Part shown: positions 1-9,878 of the stretch, piece after piece
How the letters are laid out: each line of letters opens with the position of its first letter
How positions within the stretch are numbered: the stretch's first letter is position 1
DNA from: Verrucomicrobiota bacterium
GTDB taxonomy: Bacteria; Verrucomicrobiota; Verrucomicrobiia; Limisphaerales; Palsa-1400
Length of the DNA: 64,000 nt
Assembly: GCA_049510745.1 (NCBI GenBank)
Contig: JBEKYR010000020.1
Coordinates: 23,555-87,554 of the forward strand
Direction: 5' to 3'
Program-made: the position numbers and the translations under genes
The notes under the pieces: generated by a model
Told to the model about the DNA's origin: nothing
Seen by the model: only the letters and a program-made list of their open reading frames with translations
The model's database searches: none

Positions 1-152
1 CCTCAGCTTAAATCTTAATCCTTCTCCACGTTTCGGAGGGCAAGACCGGCATTACGATCAGGAGGAACTACCCAAAAAAGTGAAACCGCATCCGGTTGGA
101 GCGCAACACACTTCGGGCTTGACATGGCGGGCCGAAGATGCCGTGATGAAGC

Positions 153-791
153 ATGGACGGGACACTGATACGAGTGAAAACGACTGCCGCAATCACCATG
201 GCATGTCTGACCGGCCTTCTGTCGGGGCACGCGGGTGCGCAGAGTGTCTCCGATTTGCTGCAAGAGGGGTTGTCCGTGCCGCACGCCGTCATTCCCCTTT
301 ACACCGACCCGCCCCGGAAACTGGCCGCGGTGGTGCGGGTGGACCGGGCCTACCTGGATTACGAGCGCAAAGGATTTTTTCACATCGGATTGTTTCCCGT
401 CGTGGCGCTGGAAGACGTGACGTTCGAGGCGCGGGACACCGCCAGCCCGTCGGCCAGCCTGGCCTGCGTGCGGCGCTGGCTGGGCGCCAAGGCCGGCCAG
501 CGGATTGAAATGCGCCGGGTCAAATTCCTCTTCTCTTCGACCAACCGCCTGGAAGCCGGCCTGGCGCGGTGCGCGGCCGAGGATCGCTGGGAACTGCTCA
601 ACGGCGTCCGAGTCATCTCCGGCGCCAGCGAAGCGCGGGCGCCGCGGGCCATCCTGGAAATGGCCGGGCCGCGAGCCGGGCAGGTGATCCTCGAAACCGT
701 GCCGCCTTCCACCAACACTTTTCTTGCGTCTGCGTTGACGCTCAATGATTCGACCAGTGCAACTCTCGTTAACCCGCATTTATCCAAATGA
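153..791 (+). CDS. Hypothetical exported protein, translationally coupled to the giant surface protein
   Basis: Signal-peptide-like N-terminus (AAITMACLTGLLSGHAGA|QS); stop overlaps the next ATG (ATGA at 788-791). Confidence 0.65.
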   Translation: MDGTLIRVKTTAAITMACLTGLLSGHAGAQSVSDLLQEGLSVPHAVIPLYTDPPRKLAAVVRVDRAYLDYERKGFFHIGLFPVVALEDVTFEARDTASPSASLACVRRWLGAKAGQRIEMRRVKFLFSSTNRLEAGLARCAAEDRWELLNGVRVISGASEARAPRAILEMAGPRAGQVILETVPPSTNTFLASALTLNDSTSATLVNPHLSK

Positions 792-3700
792 AAACAATCC
801 AAAGACTGCTCACGTTGAAACAGGCCGCCGCGATTGCGACCGCCACCGCTTTTCTTGCGCTGCTTCCGGGCTTGGCCGAAGCCTCGCCGCCGGCGCCGCC
901 GTTGCCGCCGCCGCCGTTGACGTTCACCAACCTCCATTCGTTCTCGGTCTTTCCGGGCGGCGCGGTCCCCGCGGCGGCGCTGGCGCAGGGCAGCGATGGG
1001 AATTTCTATGGCACGACCACCGGCGGCGGCACCAACGGCGGCTACGGCACCGTCTTTAAGGTGACGCCCGGCGGCGCGGCGACTGTGTTGTACGAGTTCA
1101 CCGGCGCCGCCGATGGCGCCTCGCCCAACGGCCTGGTTCCGGGCAGCGATGGCGCTTTTTATGGAACGACATCCCAAGGCGGCGCTTACGGCGCGGGCAG
1201 CATTTTCAAAATCGCGACTGACGGCACGCTGACCAGTTTGTATTCGTTCACTGGCGGCGCCAATGGAGCGAATCCCCAAGCCGCGCTGGTGCAGGGGAGC
1301 GACGGGTATTTTTATGGGACGACAGCGCAAGGCGGCGCCGGCGCCGGCTACGGCACGGTCTTCAAAATCACGACCAACGGCGCGCTGACCCGTTTGTATG
1401 CCTTCACCAACGGCACTGATGGAGCGCGTCCCCAAGCCGCGTTGCTGGAGGGCAGCGACGGGTATTTTGGTGGAACGACAGCCGGCACAACAGTTGGCGG
1501 GAAAGGAACCAACGGCAGCTACGGCTCCGTTTTCAAAATTTCGACCAACGGGGCGCTGCAGAGCCTGCGCTTCACCGGCGGCATTGATGGAGCGCGTCCC
1601 CTGGCCGCGCTGGTGCGGGGCATGAATGGCGATTTTTATGCTTATGGAACGACATCCCGAGGCGGCGCCAACGGCGCGGGCAACGTTTTCAAAGTCACAA
1701 CCAACGGCGTGCTGACCGTTTTGTATTCCTTCACCGGCGGCGCCGATGGCGCGAATCCCCAAGCCGCGCTTGTGCTGAACACCAACGACGGCAGTTTCTA
1801 TGGGACTGCGTCATCCGGCGGGATGGTCGTCGATTATTCGAACGGCAACGAATATCCGGGCAATGGAACCGTCTTCAAGATCACGACCAACGGCGTGCTG
1901 ACCAGTTTGTATACCTTCACCGGCGGTTCTGACGGAGCGAATCCGTCCGCCGCGCTGGCGCAGGGAAGCGACGGCAGTTTCTATGGGACCGCTCAATACG
2001 GCGGAGTGGGTTACAGTCGGGGGGGCAATGGCACCGTCTTCAAAATCGCCGGCAATGGGACGTTTGCCGCGTTGTATGCGTTTCCGGGAGTGAATGATGG
2101 CCAATCTGCGGCGGCCCTGGTGCATGGCAGTGACGGCAATTTTTATGGGACCACCCAATACGGCGGCACCAACGGCGGCAACGGCACCGTGTTCAAAGTG
2201 GCGGCCAGCGGCGCCTTTGCCAGCTTGTATTCGTTCGCCGGCAGCTATGATGGGGCAAATCCCGCGACCGCGCTGGTGCAGGGGAGCGACGGCGACTTTT
2301 ATGGGACCACTCAAGGCGACGGCTCCAACTACAGTGGCACCGTCTTCGAGATTTCCCCCGGCGGGACCCTGGACACTTTGTACGCCTTCACGGGCGGCTA
2401 TGACGGAAACACTCCCAACTCCGCACTGGTGCAGGGCAGCGATGGCAATTTTTATGGGACGACATCCGATGGCGGCTTCTACGGCAACGGCAACGTCTTC
2501 AAGATCACGGCGGACGGTTTGCTGACCAGTTTGTATTCGTTCACCGGCTACAACGATGGCGCCTATCCCAACGGTCTGGTTCTGGGGAGCGACGGCGCTT
2601 TTTATGGGACTGCCTCCAGTGGCGGCTTCTTCAACAACGGCAGCGTTTTTCAGGTCACGACCGATGGCAACCTCAACCCGTTGTATTTCTTCACCGGAAC
2701 CAATGATGGCGGGTCTCCCATGAGTCCGCTCGTGCAAGGCGGCGATGGCAATTTCTACGGCACCACTCAATACGGCGGGACCGGCGGCGGCAACGGCACC
2801 GTGTTCAAGATCACGCCCAATGGCTCGTTGACCACTTTGTATTCGTTCAGCAACGACACAAACGGCGGCAGCCCGAGCGGTTTGCTGGCCGGCACGGATG
2901 GAAATTTCTACGGCACAACGGCCGGCGGCGGATACAATTACTCCGGATCGGTCTTCGAGATAACTTCAGGCGGCGTTCTGAGAACCTTGTATTCATTCAG
3001 CGGCGGCACAGCGGACGGCGGCGCTCCCTACACTTCACTGGCGCAGGGCGGCGACGGCAGCCTTTATGGAACGACCTCCAGCGGCGCCGTTGGCGGATAT
3101 GGAGGCGTCTTCCGCCTGAGCGGCGCGACTCTTCCGTCGCCCTTGCCGATGATTACCGGGCAACCGGCCAGCGTGTCCAACGTTCTTGCCGGCCTTTCCG
3201 CCAGCTTCACCGTTACGGCTGTTGGAGGCCAACCGTTGCACTTTCAGTGGCAGCACAATGGCGTCGATCTTTCCACAGGCGGGGAATTCTTCGGCACGAC
3301 GCTTCCCTCCTTGACGGTGGACCCGGCGTTCGCGGGCGATGCCGGCACGTATTCGGTGACGGTTTTCAATTCCTACGGCTCCGTCGCCAGTTCCAACGCG
3401 GTCTTGTCCCTTTATTCCGCCACCAACTCGGGGGAGGCTTACACGGATGGCACCAATTACCTGGCCGAAGCGGACTTGGCCGCGGCCAATCTGAGCTTTG
3501 CCAACGCGATCAGCCTCTCGGCGAACCCGAGTGCGGGCGCCAACAGCAGTAATTATTTCTTCCTGGCGGCGACGGAGTTGTTGAGCCTGCCGGAAGAGCC
3601 GGCGGGAAGCAATTTCCTCAACCGCCTGGGTGTCAGCACCACCGGGCGCGACGTTTTCAAATGGAAGGCCAAACTGGCGTACAAGATCCCCATCGGCGTC

Positions 3701-6700
3701 AACGCCGATGAATTCACCGCCCAACTTCGCACCAATGTTTTGGCCGCGATCATTGCCGCCGAGGCCGACCTGGCTGCCATCACCAACACCGATTTCACTC
3801 TCCCGTTGACCGCCAGCGAGACGCATGCGGGCGCGGTGACGGTGGACTGGGGCGACGTGCAATTGCTGCGGGCGCTGTGCGACGCGGCGGAAGTGTTCAT
3901 TTACACGACCTATTCGTGGAACCTCAACGCGCAGCTCACGGACGTTTCCAACATCCTGGCCACGGACAAATCGATCGGGACGTTGCTGGCGGATTATCCC
4001 AACCTGCTGACCACCACCTCGACCAGCGATCTGCCTTTGGCCAAGGGCGCCTTCACCAACGGCATCAATGAGTATTTTGCCGCCTCGCAATTCATTCGCG
4101 GCCGGACAAACCTGACGCGCCTCTTTAACCTGACATCCACCAACGAGATGGCCAAGGAACTGAAGTTTCGCCAGACGTTGACCAACCTCCTCGCCTCGCT
4201 CAGCAGCGGCTCGCCGGTGACGCTGACGGACAGCACCAACATCGCGGTGTCGGCGGCGGCGTTCTTTGGCGGCCATTTCGATCCGCGCGCCTATTTCCCG
4301 CAGTTTCAAGGCAGCGAATTCGTCTGGAACACGATCCCGGACCCGACCTTTGGGGGCGTGATCAAAGGGCTGACGGAGACAGAGGCTGCCAGCGGATTAC
4401 TCAAGCATTTCAAGATCAAGAGCGTCCTGGCTGTCCCCGGCGTTTCGGTTGACGTCCTCTGCAACTTTCCGAACTTTCTCGAACAAAACGGCGTGGTGCA
4501 GGGTCTTGATGGCAATCTCTACGGCACGACGCAGTTCGGCCCCATCGCCTACACGACCAACTATTCTTATTCCACCAACACGTTTCCCGGCACCAACGGC
4601 TATGTCATCACCAACATCACAACCTATACCAATGTCCAGCAGAATCAGGGCTATGGCACGGTCTTCAAGATAACGCCGTCCGGCCAGTACAGCACCCTAT
4701 ACACATTTGGCTCGGTGCAATTGACCAACATCAGCGGCCCCTACACGAATGTTTATTATAAGGGGACCAATGTTTTTTACTTCACTTACTACAACACGAA
4801 CATATACCAACTCGATGGCACCTATCCCGGCGCCCTGGTCCTGGGCGCGGATGGCGATTTTTACGGCGCCACCCAGTCCGGCGGGTTGTCCTATCAAACC
4901 AACTACAATGGCACGAACCTCCCCTCCATCACGACCAATTCCTACAATGGCACCCTCTTCAAGATCACTCCTTCCGGCCATCTGACCACGCTCTACAACT
5001 TTGGAACGGCGGCTGACCAATATGCCAACACACCCGCCGCCGCGCTGGCGCAAGGCAGCGATGGCCGGTTCTATGGCACGACCGAATTCGGCGGCACCAA
5101 CAATGGCGCCGGGACGGTTTTCGCCGTGACCACCAACGGCGCGATCACGCTGCTCTACGTGTTCACCAACCACTACGACGGCGGTTATCCGAGCGCGCCG
5201 CTGGCGCAAGGCGTTGACGGAAACTTTTATGGAACGACCTCCGGCGGCGGAACCAACTACGAGGGCAACATTTTCAAGATAACGCCGTCCGGACACTTCA
5301 GCACTCTATACTCATTTGGCGCGGTGCAACTGACCAACATCAGCGGCCCCTACACGAATGTTTATTATAATTATAATGGCAGTGGATACGTTCTCGTGAC
5401 CAATGTTTATTACAAGACGAATACCTTCCCGCTCGACGGCGCCTACCCCAATGCCTTGGTCCAGGGGGCCGATGGCAATTTCTACGGGACCACTCAATCC
5501 GGCGGGACCAACGACGTATGGTACGAGGGCGATGGAACGGCCTTTCGGATTTCGCCCGCCGGCGCCTTCTCGAACCTGCTCTCCTTCGACCGGGAGTTTC
5601 TTGATGGTTATTCGCCCTTGGGATCGCTGGTGGCCGGGGCCAACGGAGTTTTCTATGGCACCGCTTCCGCCGGGGGCGCGAACAACGTGGGCGCCTTATT
5701 TGCGCTCAATTCGAGCCGCGCGCAAACCAATATCTTCTGGTTCGGCAAAAGTTTCGGCGGTTACGGCAACAACCTCCATTCCTATTTCAATTTTTCTTAC
5801 GCCTACAATCCGATCCCTTCGCCGCTGGTTTTGGGCGCCGATGGCAACTACTACGGAACCACGACCGACGACGGCAGCAACGGGAGCGGAACCGTCTTCC
5901 GCCTGAGCATCAGTTCCCCGCCCGGCATCGTTACCCAGCCCGTGAGCCAGACCAACCTTGCCGGCTCGACCGTCAGCTTCGAGGTGTCGGCGATTGGCTC
6001 GGCGCCCTTGATTTATCGATGGTTCCTCGATGGAAAGCCGCTGTTCAACGCCGGGGACGTTTCCGGCGCGCAAAGCAACGTGTTGACACTGACGCGTATC
6101 TCGTCCGGTGACATCGGCGTTTATTCGGTCGTCGTCTCCAACTCGCTTGGCTCGGCCACCAGCTCCGCCGCCTCGCTTGTCGTGTTGCTGCCTCCGTCGA
6201 TTACGGCGGAGCCTTTGGACCAGCTCATTGCCGCCGGCGAGTCGGCGACGTTCACCGTGACGGCGGGCGGGACGCAGCCGCTGAGTTACCAATGGCAATT
6301 CGACGGCACAAACATCTCCGGCGCGACCAACGCCTCCGTTTCAGCCGCGAACGCGGGGTCCTATGCGGTCGTTGTGACCAACGCCTATGGGTCGGTCACC
6401 AGCAGCGTCGCGGGGTTGGACGTTGAAACCGCCAGCACTGGTCATCCGTCCCTCACCATATCGATCACCTCGCCGGCCGCCGGTGGCCGCACCGCCAGCG
6501 GCGTCGAGGGCAAGGCCTCCGGGAAGCTGCCGGTCTGGAACGTCTTTTACCGGGTCACCAACTACAACAAGGGGACGAATATCACCAGCGGCCAGGCCGT
6601 CCTGGCCTCCGGCGCGGCCGCCACCAACTGGTTTGTCACCAATAATCTTCTTCCCGGCACGAACATCATCGCGGTCCAGGCCATCGACCTGGCCTCGAAC

Positions 6701-8056
6701 CACTCGCCGGTGGTGACGCGCAAGTTCTTTTACGAAGTGACCGCGCCCCTCAACCTGCTGGCCCAGGGCACCGGCAGCGGCAGCTTCGCGCTGAAATCAT
6801 TCGTCTCCGGCGAGAAAAACCTGGCGACCAACACGCCGCTGAATATCGGCGAACCATACCAGATTACCGCCAAACCGGACGGCCATTCGCTCTTTGGCGG
6901 CTGGACGGTGACGACGACCAACAGTTCGCTCTCGACCAATCGCGCGGCCATCAGATTTATCATGGAATCCAGCCTGAGAATCAGCGCCGACTTCGAGACC
7001 AACATCTACTTCGGGGCCTTCGGCACCTACAACGGCCTTTTTGTGGTCAGCAACAACCTCAACGACGTGACCGAGGCCACCGCCGGCTTGCTCGGCGGAT
7101 TGCTCATCCACACCAACGGCAATTTCAGCGGCAAATTGTGGATTGACGGCGGCAGCCACCCCATCGGCGGAGTCTTTGACGCCTATGGCGACGCCACCAA
7201 TAAGGTGACGATCCCAGGCGGACATGTGCTGCTCCAGATGACGTTGGATACGAGCACGAATCCGCCGCAGGTTTTCGGCACGGTTTCCGGAAGCAATAAC
7301 GGAGCGGCCTGGACGGCCGACCTGGTGGCCGACCGCGCCGCCAACAACCTGCCCGCAGCCGAGTACACGATGCTCATCCCGCCCGGAACCAATGCGCCGC
7401 CCACCAGTTCGCCCGGCGGCTTCGGCTACGCCTTGATTACCAATTCCGCGGGCGGCGCCAAGACTGTGAACACGGCCCGGATCACCGGCGCCTTGGCCGA
7501 CGGCACAACCTTTAGTCAATCGGTGCCCGTTTCCGAAGACGGCTACGTGCCCTTCTACGACTCTCTTTACGGCAACAAGGGCCTGCTGCTGGGTTGGATT
7601 AACCTGGAGGTCCCCAACACCAACACCACCGGCCTGATTTGGATTCATCCCAAAACCACCGGCGGCCGATACAAGACCGGCTTTACCAATATCGTCCCCG
7701 GTGTCGAACTTGGCGGCCAGGTTCCGCTTCCGCTTTTGCTTTCGCCGTGGACCAACCCGCCGACGGACCTTGGCACGCTGACAAATCTGGTCATCTCCGT
7801 CACCAACTCCGCCCCCGCCGACCTGTTCGACTTCGGAGTGAGTTTCAGCGGCAAGAACTTGACCTTGAGCAAAGTGTCCGGCACGGGAGTCGTGACCGGC
7901 TCGATCAATCCCAAGACCGGCCTGTTGAAAGTGACCTTCGGCAGCAAGCCAGCCAAGACGACCAATGGCTTCGGCGCGATCTTGCAGAACGCCGCCTTTG
8001 GCGGCGGCTATTTCCTGACCCTTACCAACGGCGAAGCCGTCGAACTGGGGCCTTGA
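788..8056 (+). CDS. Giant secreted protein with GloVer (Gloeo_Verruco) beta-propeller repeats and Ig-like domains
   Basis: 2422 aa; signal peptide plus poly-Pro; 14 + 7 repeats of LxQGxDGxFYGTT...GTVFKIT; three Ig-like modules (e.g. PxIxxQP...YQWQ...DxGxYSV); beta-rich C-terminal region. Confidence 0.92.
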   Translation: MKTIQRLLTLKQAAAIATATAFLALLPGLAEASPPAPPLPPPPLTFTNLHSFSVFPGGAVPAAALAQGSDGNFYGTTTGGGTNGGYGTVFKVTPGGAATVLYEFTGAADGASPNGLVPGSDGAFYGTTSQGGAYGAGSIFKIATDGTLTSLYSFTGGANGANPQAALVQGSDGYFYGTTAQGGAGAGYGTVFKITTNGALTRLYAFTNGTDGARPQAALLEGSDGYFGGTTAGTTVGGKGTNGSYGSVFKISTNGALQSLRFTGGIDGARPLAALVRGMNGDFYAYGTTSRGGANGAGNVFKVTTNGVLTVLYSFTGGADGANPQAALVLNTNDGSFYGTASSGGMVVDYSNGNEYPGNGTVFKITTNGVLTSLYTFTGGSDGANPSAALAQGSDGSFYGTAQYGGVGYSRGGNGTVFKIAGNGTFAALYAFPGVNDGQSAAALVHGSDGNFYGTTQYGGTNGGNGTVFKVAASGAFASLYSFAGSYDGANPATALVQGSDGDFYGTTQGDGSNYSGTVFEISPGGTLDTLYAFTGGYDGNTPNSALVQGSDGNFYGTTSDGGFYGNGNVFKITADGLLTSLYSFTGYNDGAYPNGLVLGSDGAFYGTASSGGFFNNGSVFQVTTDGNLNPLYFFTGTNDGGSPMSPLVQGGDGNFYGTTQYGGTGGGNGTVFKITPNGSLTTLYSFSNDTNGGSPSGLLAGTDGNFYGTTAGGGYNYSGSVFEITSGGVLRTLYSFSGGTADGGAPYTSLAQGGDGSLYGTTSSGAVGGYGGVFRLSGATLPSPLPMITGQPASVSNVLAGLSASFTVTAVGGQPLHFQWQHNGVDLSTGGEFFGTTLPSLTVDPAFAGDAGTYSVTVFNSYGSVASSNAVLSLYSATNSGEAYTDGTNYLAEADLAAANLSFANAISLSANPSAGANSSNYFFLAATELLSLPEEPAGSNFLNRLGVSTTGRDVFKWKAKLAYKIPIGVNADEFTAQLRTNVLAAIIAAEADLAAITNTDFTLPLTASETHAGAVTVDWGDVQLLRALCDAAEVFIYTTYSWNLNAQLTDVSNILATDKSIGTLLADYPNLLTTTSTSDLPLAKGAFTNGINEYFAASQFIRGRTNLTRLFNLTSTNEMAKELKFRQTLTNLLASLSSGSPVTLTDSTNIAVSAAAFFGGHFDPRAYFPQFQGSEFVWNTIPDPTFGGVIKGLTETEAASGLLKHFKIKSVLAVPGVSVDVLCNFPNFLEQNGVVQGLDGNLYGTTQFGPIAYTTNYSYSTNTFPGTNGYVITNITTYTNVQQNQGYGTVFKITPSGQYSTLYTFGSVQLTNISGPYTNVYYKGTNVFYFTYYNTNIYQLDGTYPGALVLGADGDFYGATQSGGLSYQTNYNGTNLPSITTNSYNGTLFKITPSGHLTTLYNFGTAADQYANTPAAALAQGSDGRFYGTTEFGGTNNGAGTVFAVTTNGAITLLYVFTNHYDGGYPSAPLAQGVDGNFYGTTSGGGTNYEGNIFKITPSGHFSTLYSFGAVQLTNISGPYTNVYYNYNGSGYVLVTNVYYKTNTFPLDGAYPNALVQGADGNFYGTTQSGGTNDVWYEGDGTAFRISPAGAFSNLLSFDREFLDGYSPLGSLVAGANGVFYGTASAGGANNVGALFALNSSRAQTNIFWFGKSFGGYGNNLHSYFNFSYAYNPIPSPLVLGADGNYYGTTTDDGSNGSGTVFRLSISSPPGIVTQPVSQTNLAGSTVSFEVSAIGSAPLIYRWFLDGKPLFNAGDVSGAQSNVLTLTRISSGDIGVYSVVVSNSLGSATSSAASLVVLLPPSITAEPLDQLIAAGESATFTVTAGGTQPLSYQWQFDGTNISGATNASVSAANAGSYAVVVTNAYGSVTSSVAGLDVETASTGHPSLTISITSPAAGGRTASGVEGKASGKLPVWNVFYRVTNYNKGTNITSGQAVLASGAAATNWFVTNNLLPGTNIIAVQAIDLASNHSPVVTRKFFYEVTAPLNLLAQGTGSGSFALKSFVSGEKNLATNTPLNIGEPYQITAKPDGHSLFGGWTVTTTNSSLSTNRAAIRFIMESSLRISADFETNIYFGAFGTYNGLFVVSNNLNDVTEATAGLLGGLLIHTNGNFSGKLWIDGGSHPIGGVFDAYGDATNKVTIPGGHVLLQMTLDTSTNPPQVFGTVSGSNNGAAWTADLVADRAANNLPAAEYTMLIPPGTNAPPTSSPGGFGYALITNSAGGAKTVNTARITGALADGTTFSQSVPVSEDGYVPFYDSLYGNKGLLLGWINLEVPNTNTTGLIWIHPKTTGGRYKTGFTNIVPGVELGGQVPLPLLLSPWTNPPTDLGTLTNLVISVTNSAPADLFDFGVSFSGKNLTLSKVSGTGVVTGSINPKTGLLKVTFGSKPAKTTNGFGAILQNAAFGGGYFLTLTNGEAVELGP

Positions 8057-8091
8057 ACCCGCGGCAAAGCGACGCGGCAGAAAATCGCAAT

Positions 8092-8128
8092 TTGACACCA
8101 CCGCCTTTGTCTCGTATAAAGGCGGTGG
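8092..8128 (+). promoter_or_regulatory. Sigma70-type promoter overlapped by an 11-bp perfect inverted repeat
   Basis: TTGACA (8092-8097), 17-bp spacer, TATAAA (8115-8120); IR CCACCGCCTTT/AAAGGCGGTGG at 8098-8108 and 8118-8128. Confidence 0.65.
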
Positions 8129-8170
8129 ATCGGATCGGATTAATAATCCCAAACAAAAACACATAATTCT

Positions 8171-8650
8171 ATGGCCATCAAAGTTGGTTCAAAAGCGCCG
8201 GATTTCACGCTTAAGTCCAAAAACGCCGCCGGATTGGTGGACGTGAAATTAAGCGAGAATTTCGGCAAAAAAAACACCGTCCTGCTCTTCTTTCCCGCCG
8301 CCTTCACCGGCGTTTGCACCAAGGAACTGTGCGACATCACTGCGGGGCTGGGCCATTACTCCAGTTTGAACGCCGCGGTCATCGGCGTCAGCGTCGATAC
8401 TCCCTTCGCCCAGGAGGCCTGGGCCAAACAGGAAAAGATCGGCATCACCCTGGCCAGCGACCTGAACAAAAAGGTGACGCGCGATTACGACGTGCTTTTC
8501 CCCAACCTGGCCGGCATTGGCGACACCGCCGCCCGCGCGGCGTTTGTCATCGACAAACACGGCGTGGTGCAATACGCCGAGCAAACGCCCACGCCGAAGG
8601 ACCTGCCCAACTTCCAGGCCGTCCAGGCCGCGCTCGCCAAGCTGGCGTAA
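8171..8650 (+). CDS. Peroxiredoxin (AhpC/TSA family, AhpE/BCP-like)
   Basis: KVGSKAPDFTL N-terminus; FFPAAFTGVCTKELC contains the PxxxTxxC motif. Confidence 0.9.
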   Translation: MAIKVGSKAPDFTLKSKNAAGLVDVKLSENFGKKNTVLLFFPAAFTGVCTKELCDITAGLGHYSSLNAAVIGVSVDTPFAQEAWAKQEKIGITLASDLNKKVTRDYDVLFPNLAGIGDTAARAAFVIDKHGVVQYAEQTPTPKDLPNFQAVQAALAKLA

Positions 8651-8662
8651 GCCGGGCCACGG

Positions 8663-9541
8663 ATGTGGCAGGTGTCCATTTTGACGGGCGCGGAGGGCGA
8701 AGAGGCTGTGGCCCAGCTCCTGGAGCGGACCGTCCACCCGCCGCCGTCGGTATTCCGCAACGAGAGGACCGCCGCCGTGGCCGTCACGTCATACGTGAAA
8801 CGATTGCCCCGGACTCGGCGGGCGCTGGCTGCGGAGTTGAAAGAGGGCCTGGCGCGGTTGCGCCAATTCGGGCTGGACCCGCGTCCAGCCAGGATTACGA
8901 TTAAACGGCTCCCGCGGAAAAATTGGGCGCAATCATGGAAACGCCATTTCCGGCCGATTGATATTGGCGGAAAATTGCTGGTCAAACCGGGTTGGAGCCG
9001 GCGTCGCGCCCGCCCCGGCCAGCGGGTCGTCATCCTGGACCCCGGCCTGAGTTTTGGGACAGGGCATCACCCGACCACTTTGTTCTGCCTCGAACAACTG
9101 GCCCGTTGCCGCCGGCCCGGCGCGCGGCAGTCGTTTTTGGACATCGGCACAGGCTCGGGCATCCTGGCCATCGCCGCCGCCAAGCTCGGCTATGACCCCG
9201 TCGCCGCCTTCGATTGCGATCCGGAAGCCGTGCGGGTCAGCCGCCAAAACCTCAGGAGAAACAGAGTCCGGGTCCGATTGGGACGGGGAGACGTGGCGCG
9301 GGCACCGCGGCTGGCGCGGCGGCGCTACGACGTGGTCTGCGCCAATTTGACTTGCGAATTGCTTCTGGCCCAGGCGAACCCCATCCGCCGCCTGCTCAAC
9401 CCCGCGGGAAAACTGGTCGTTGCCGGGGTACTGGGGCGGGAATTCCAAAAAATCCGGAAGAAGTTTGACCGATGTCACTTGACATTGGAGAAATCGAGAG
9501 TAGATAAAGAATGGAAATCGGGGCGATTTGCCCTGGTTTAG
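8663..9541 (+). CDS. prmA: Ribosomal protein L11 methyltransferase
   Basis: NWAQSWKRHF, LDPGLSFGTGHHPTT and LDIGTGSGILAI motifs. Confidence 0.92.
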   Translation: MWQVSILTGAEGEEAVAQLLERTVHPPPSVFRNERTAAVAVTSYVKRLPRTRRALAAELKEGLARLRQFGLDPRPARITIKRLPRKNWAQSWKRHFRPIDIGGKLLVKPGWSRRRARPGQRVVILDPGLSFGTGHHPTTLFCLEQLARCRRPGARQSFLDIGTGSGILAIAAAKLGYDPVAAFDCDPEAVRVSRQNLRRNRVRVRLGRGDVARAPRLARRRYDVVCANLTCELLLAQANPIRRLLNPAGKLVVAGVLGREFQKIRKKFDRCHLTLEKSRVDKEWKSGRFALV

Positions 9542-9661
9542 CGATTCGTGTGGCCCGGGCGGTGTGATTAGAGGAGAACGCGACCGCCATAATTCAGGCA
9601 CACGGTTGCCGGCGTGCTCCGCAGTGCGGGGTTGCGCCGCCAAGGAACGAAGGAATTGAGT

Positions 9662-9826
9662 ATGATAAAGACGTTGAACTTGATTCAGGAAACCGTCCGC
9701 AATACCAAACATCCCTTCCGCCAAGTCGATAGCAGACCGGCCAAAGCCCAAAAAAATCGCTACGAACGCCGCAAAATTCGGGAGTTCCTGCGTCTGGGCG
9801 ATTGGACCGGCGAAGCCGAAGTTTAA
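9662..9826 (+). CDS. Small basic hypothetical protein (54 aa)
   Basis: MIKTLNLIQETVRNTKHPFRQ...RYERRKIREFL; AAGGA upstream; followed by a terminator. Confidence 0.6.
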   Translation: MIKTLNLIQETVRNTKHPFRQVDSRPAKAQKNRYERRKIREFLRLGDWTGEAEV

Positions 9827-9855
9827 CAAAAAAAGTCCGCCAAACGAGTTTGCAC

Positions 9856-9878
9856 GCCACGCGCGAGCGTGGCTTTTT
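9856..9878 (+). terminator. Intrinsic terminator
   Basis: GCCACGC-GCGA-GCGTGGC hairpin followed by TTTTT. Confidence 0.7.

Noticed and set aside
4664..5370. DGR template/variable repeat pair
   Set aside because: Mismatches are not confined to adenines, both copies are in-frame coding, and there is no reverse transcriptase in the window.
9596..9610. Sigma54 promoter upstream of the 54-aa ORF
   Set aside because: Spacing is GG-N9-GC, not the required N10.
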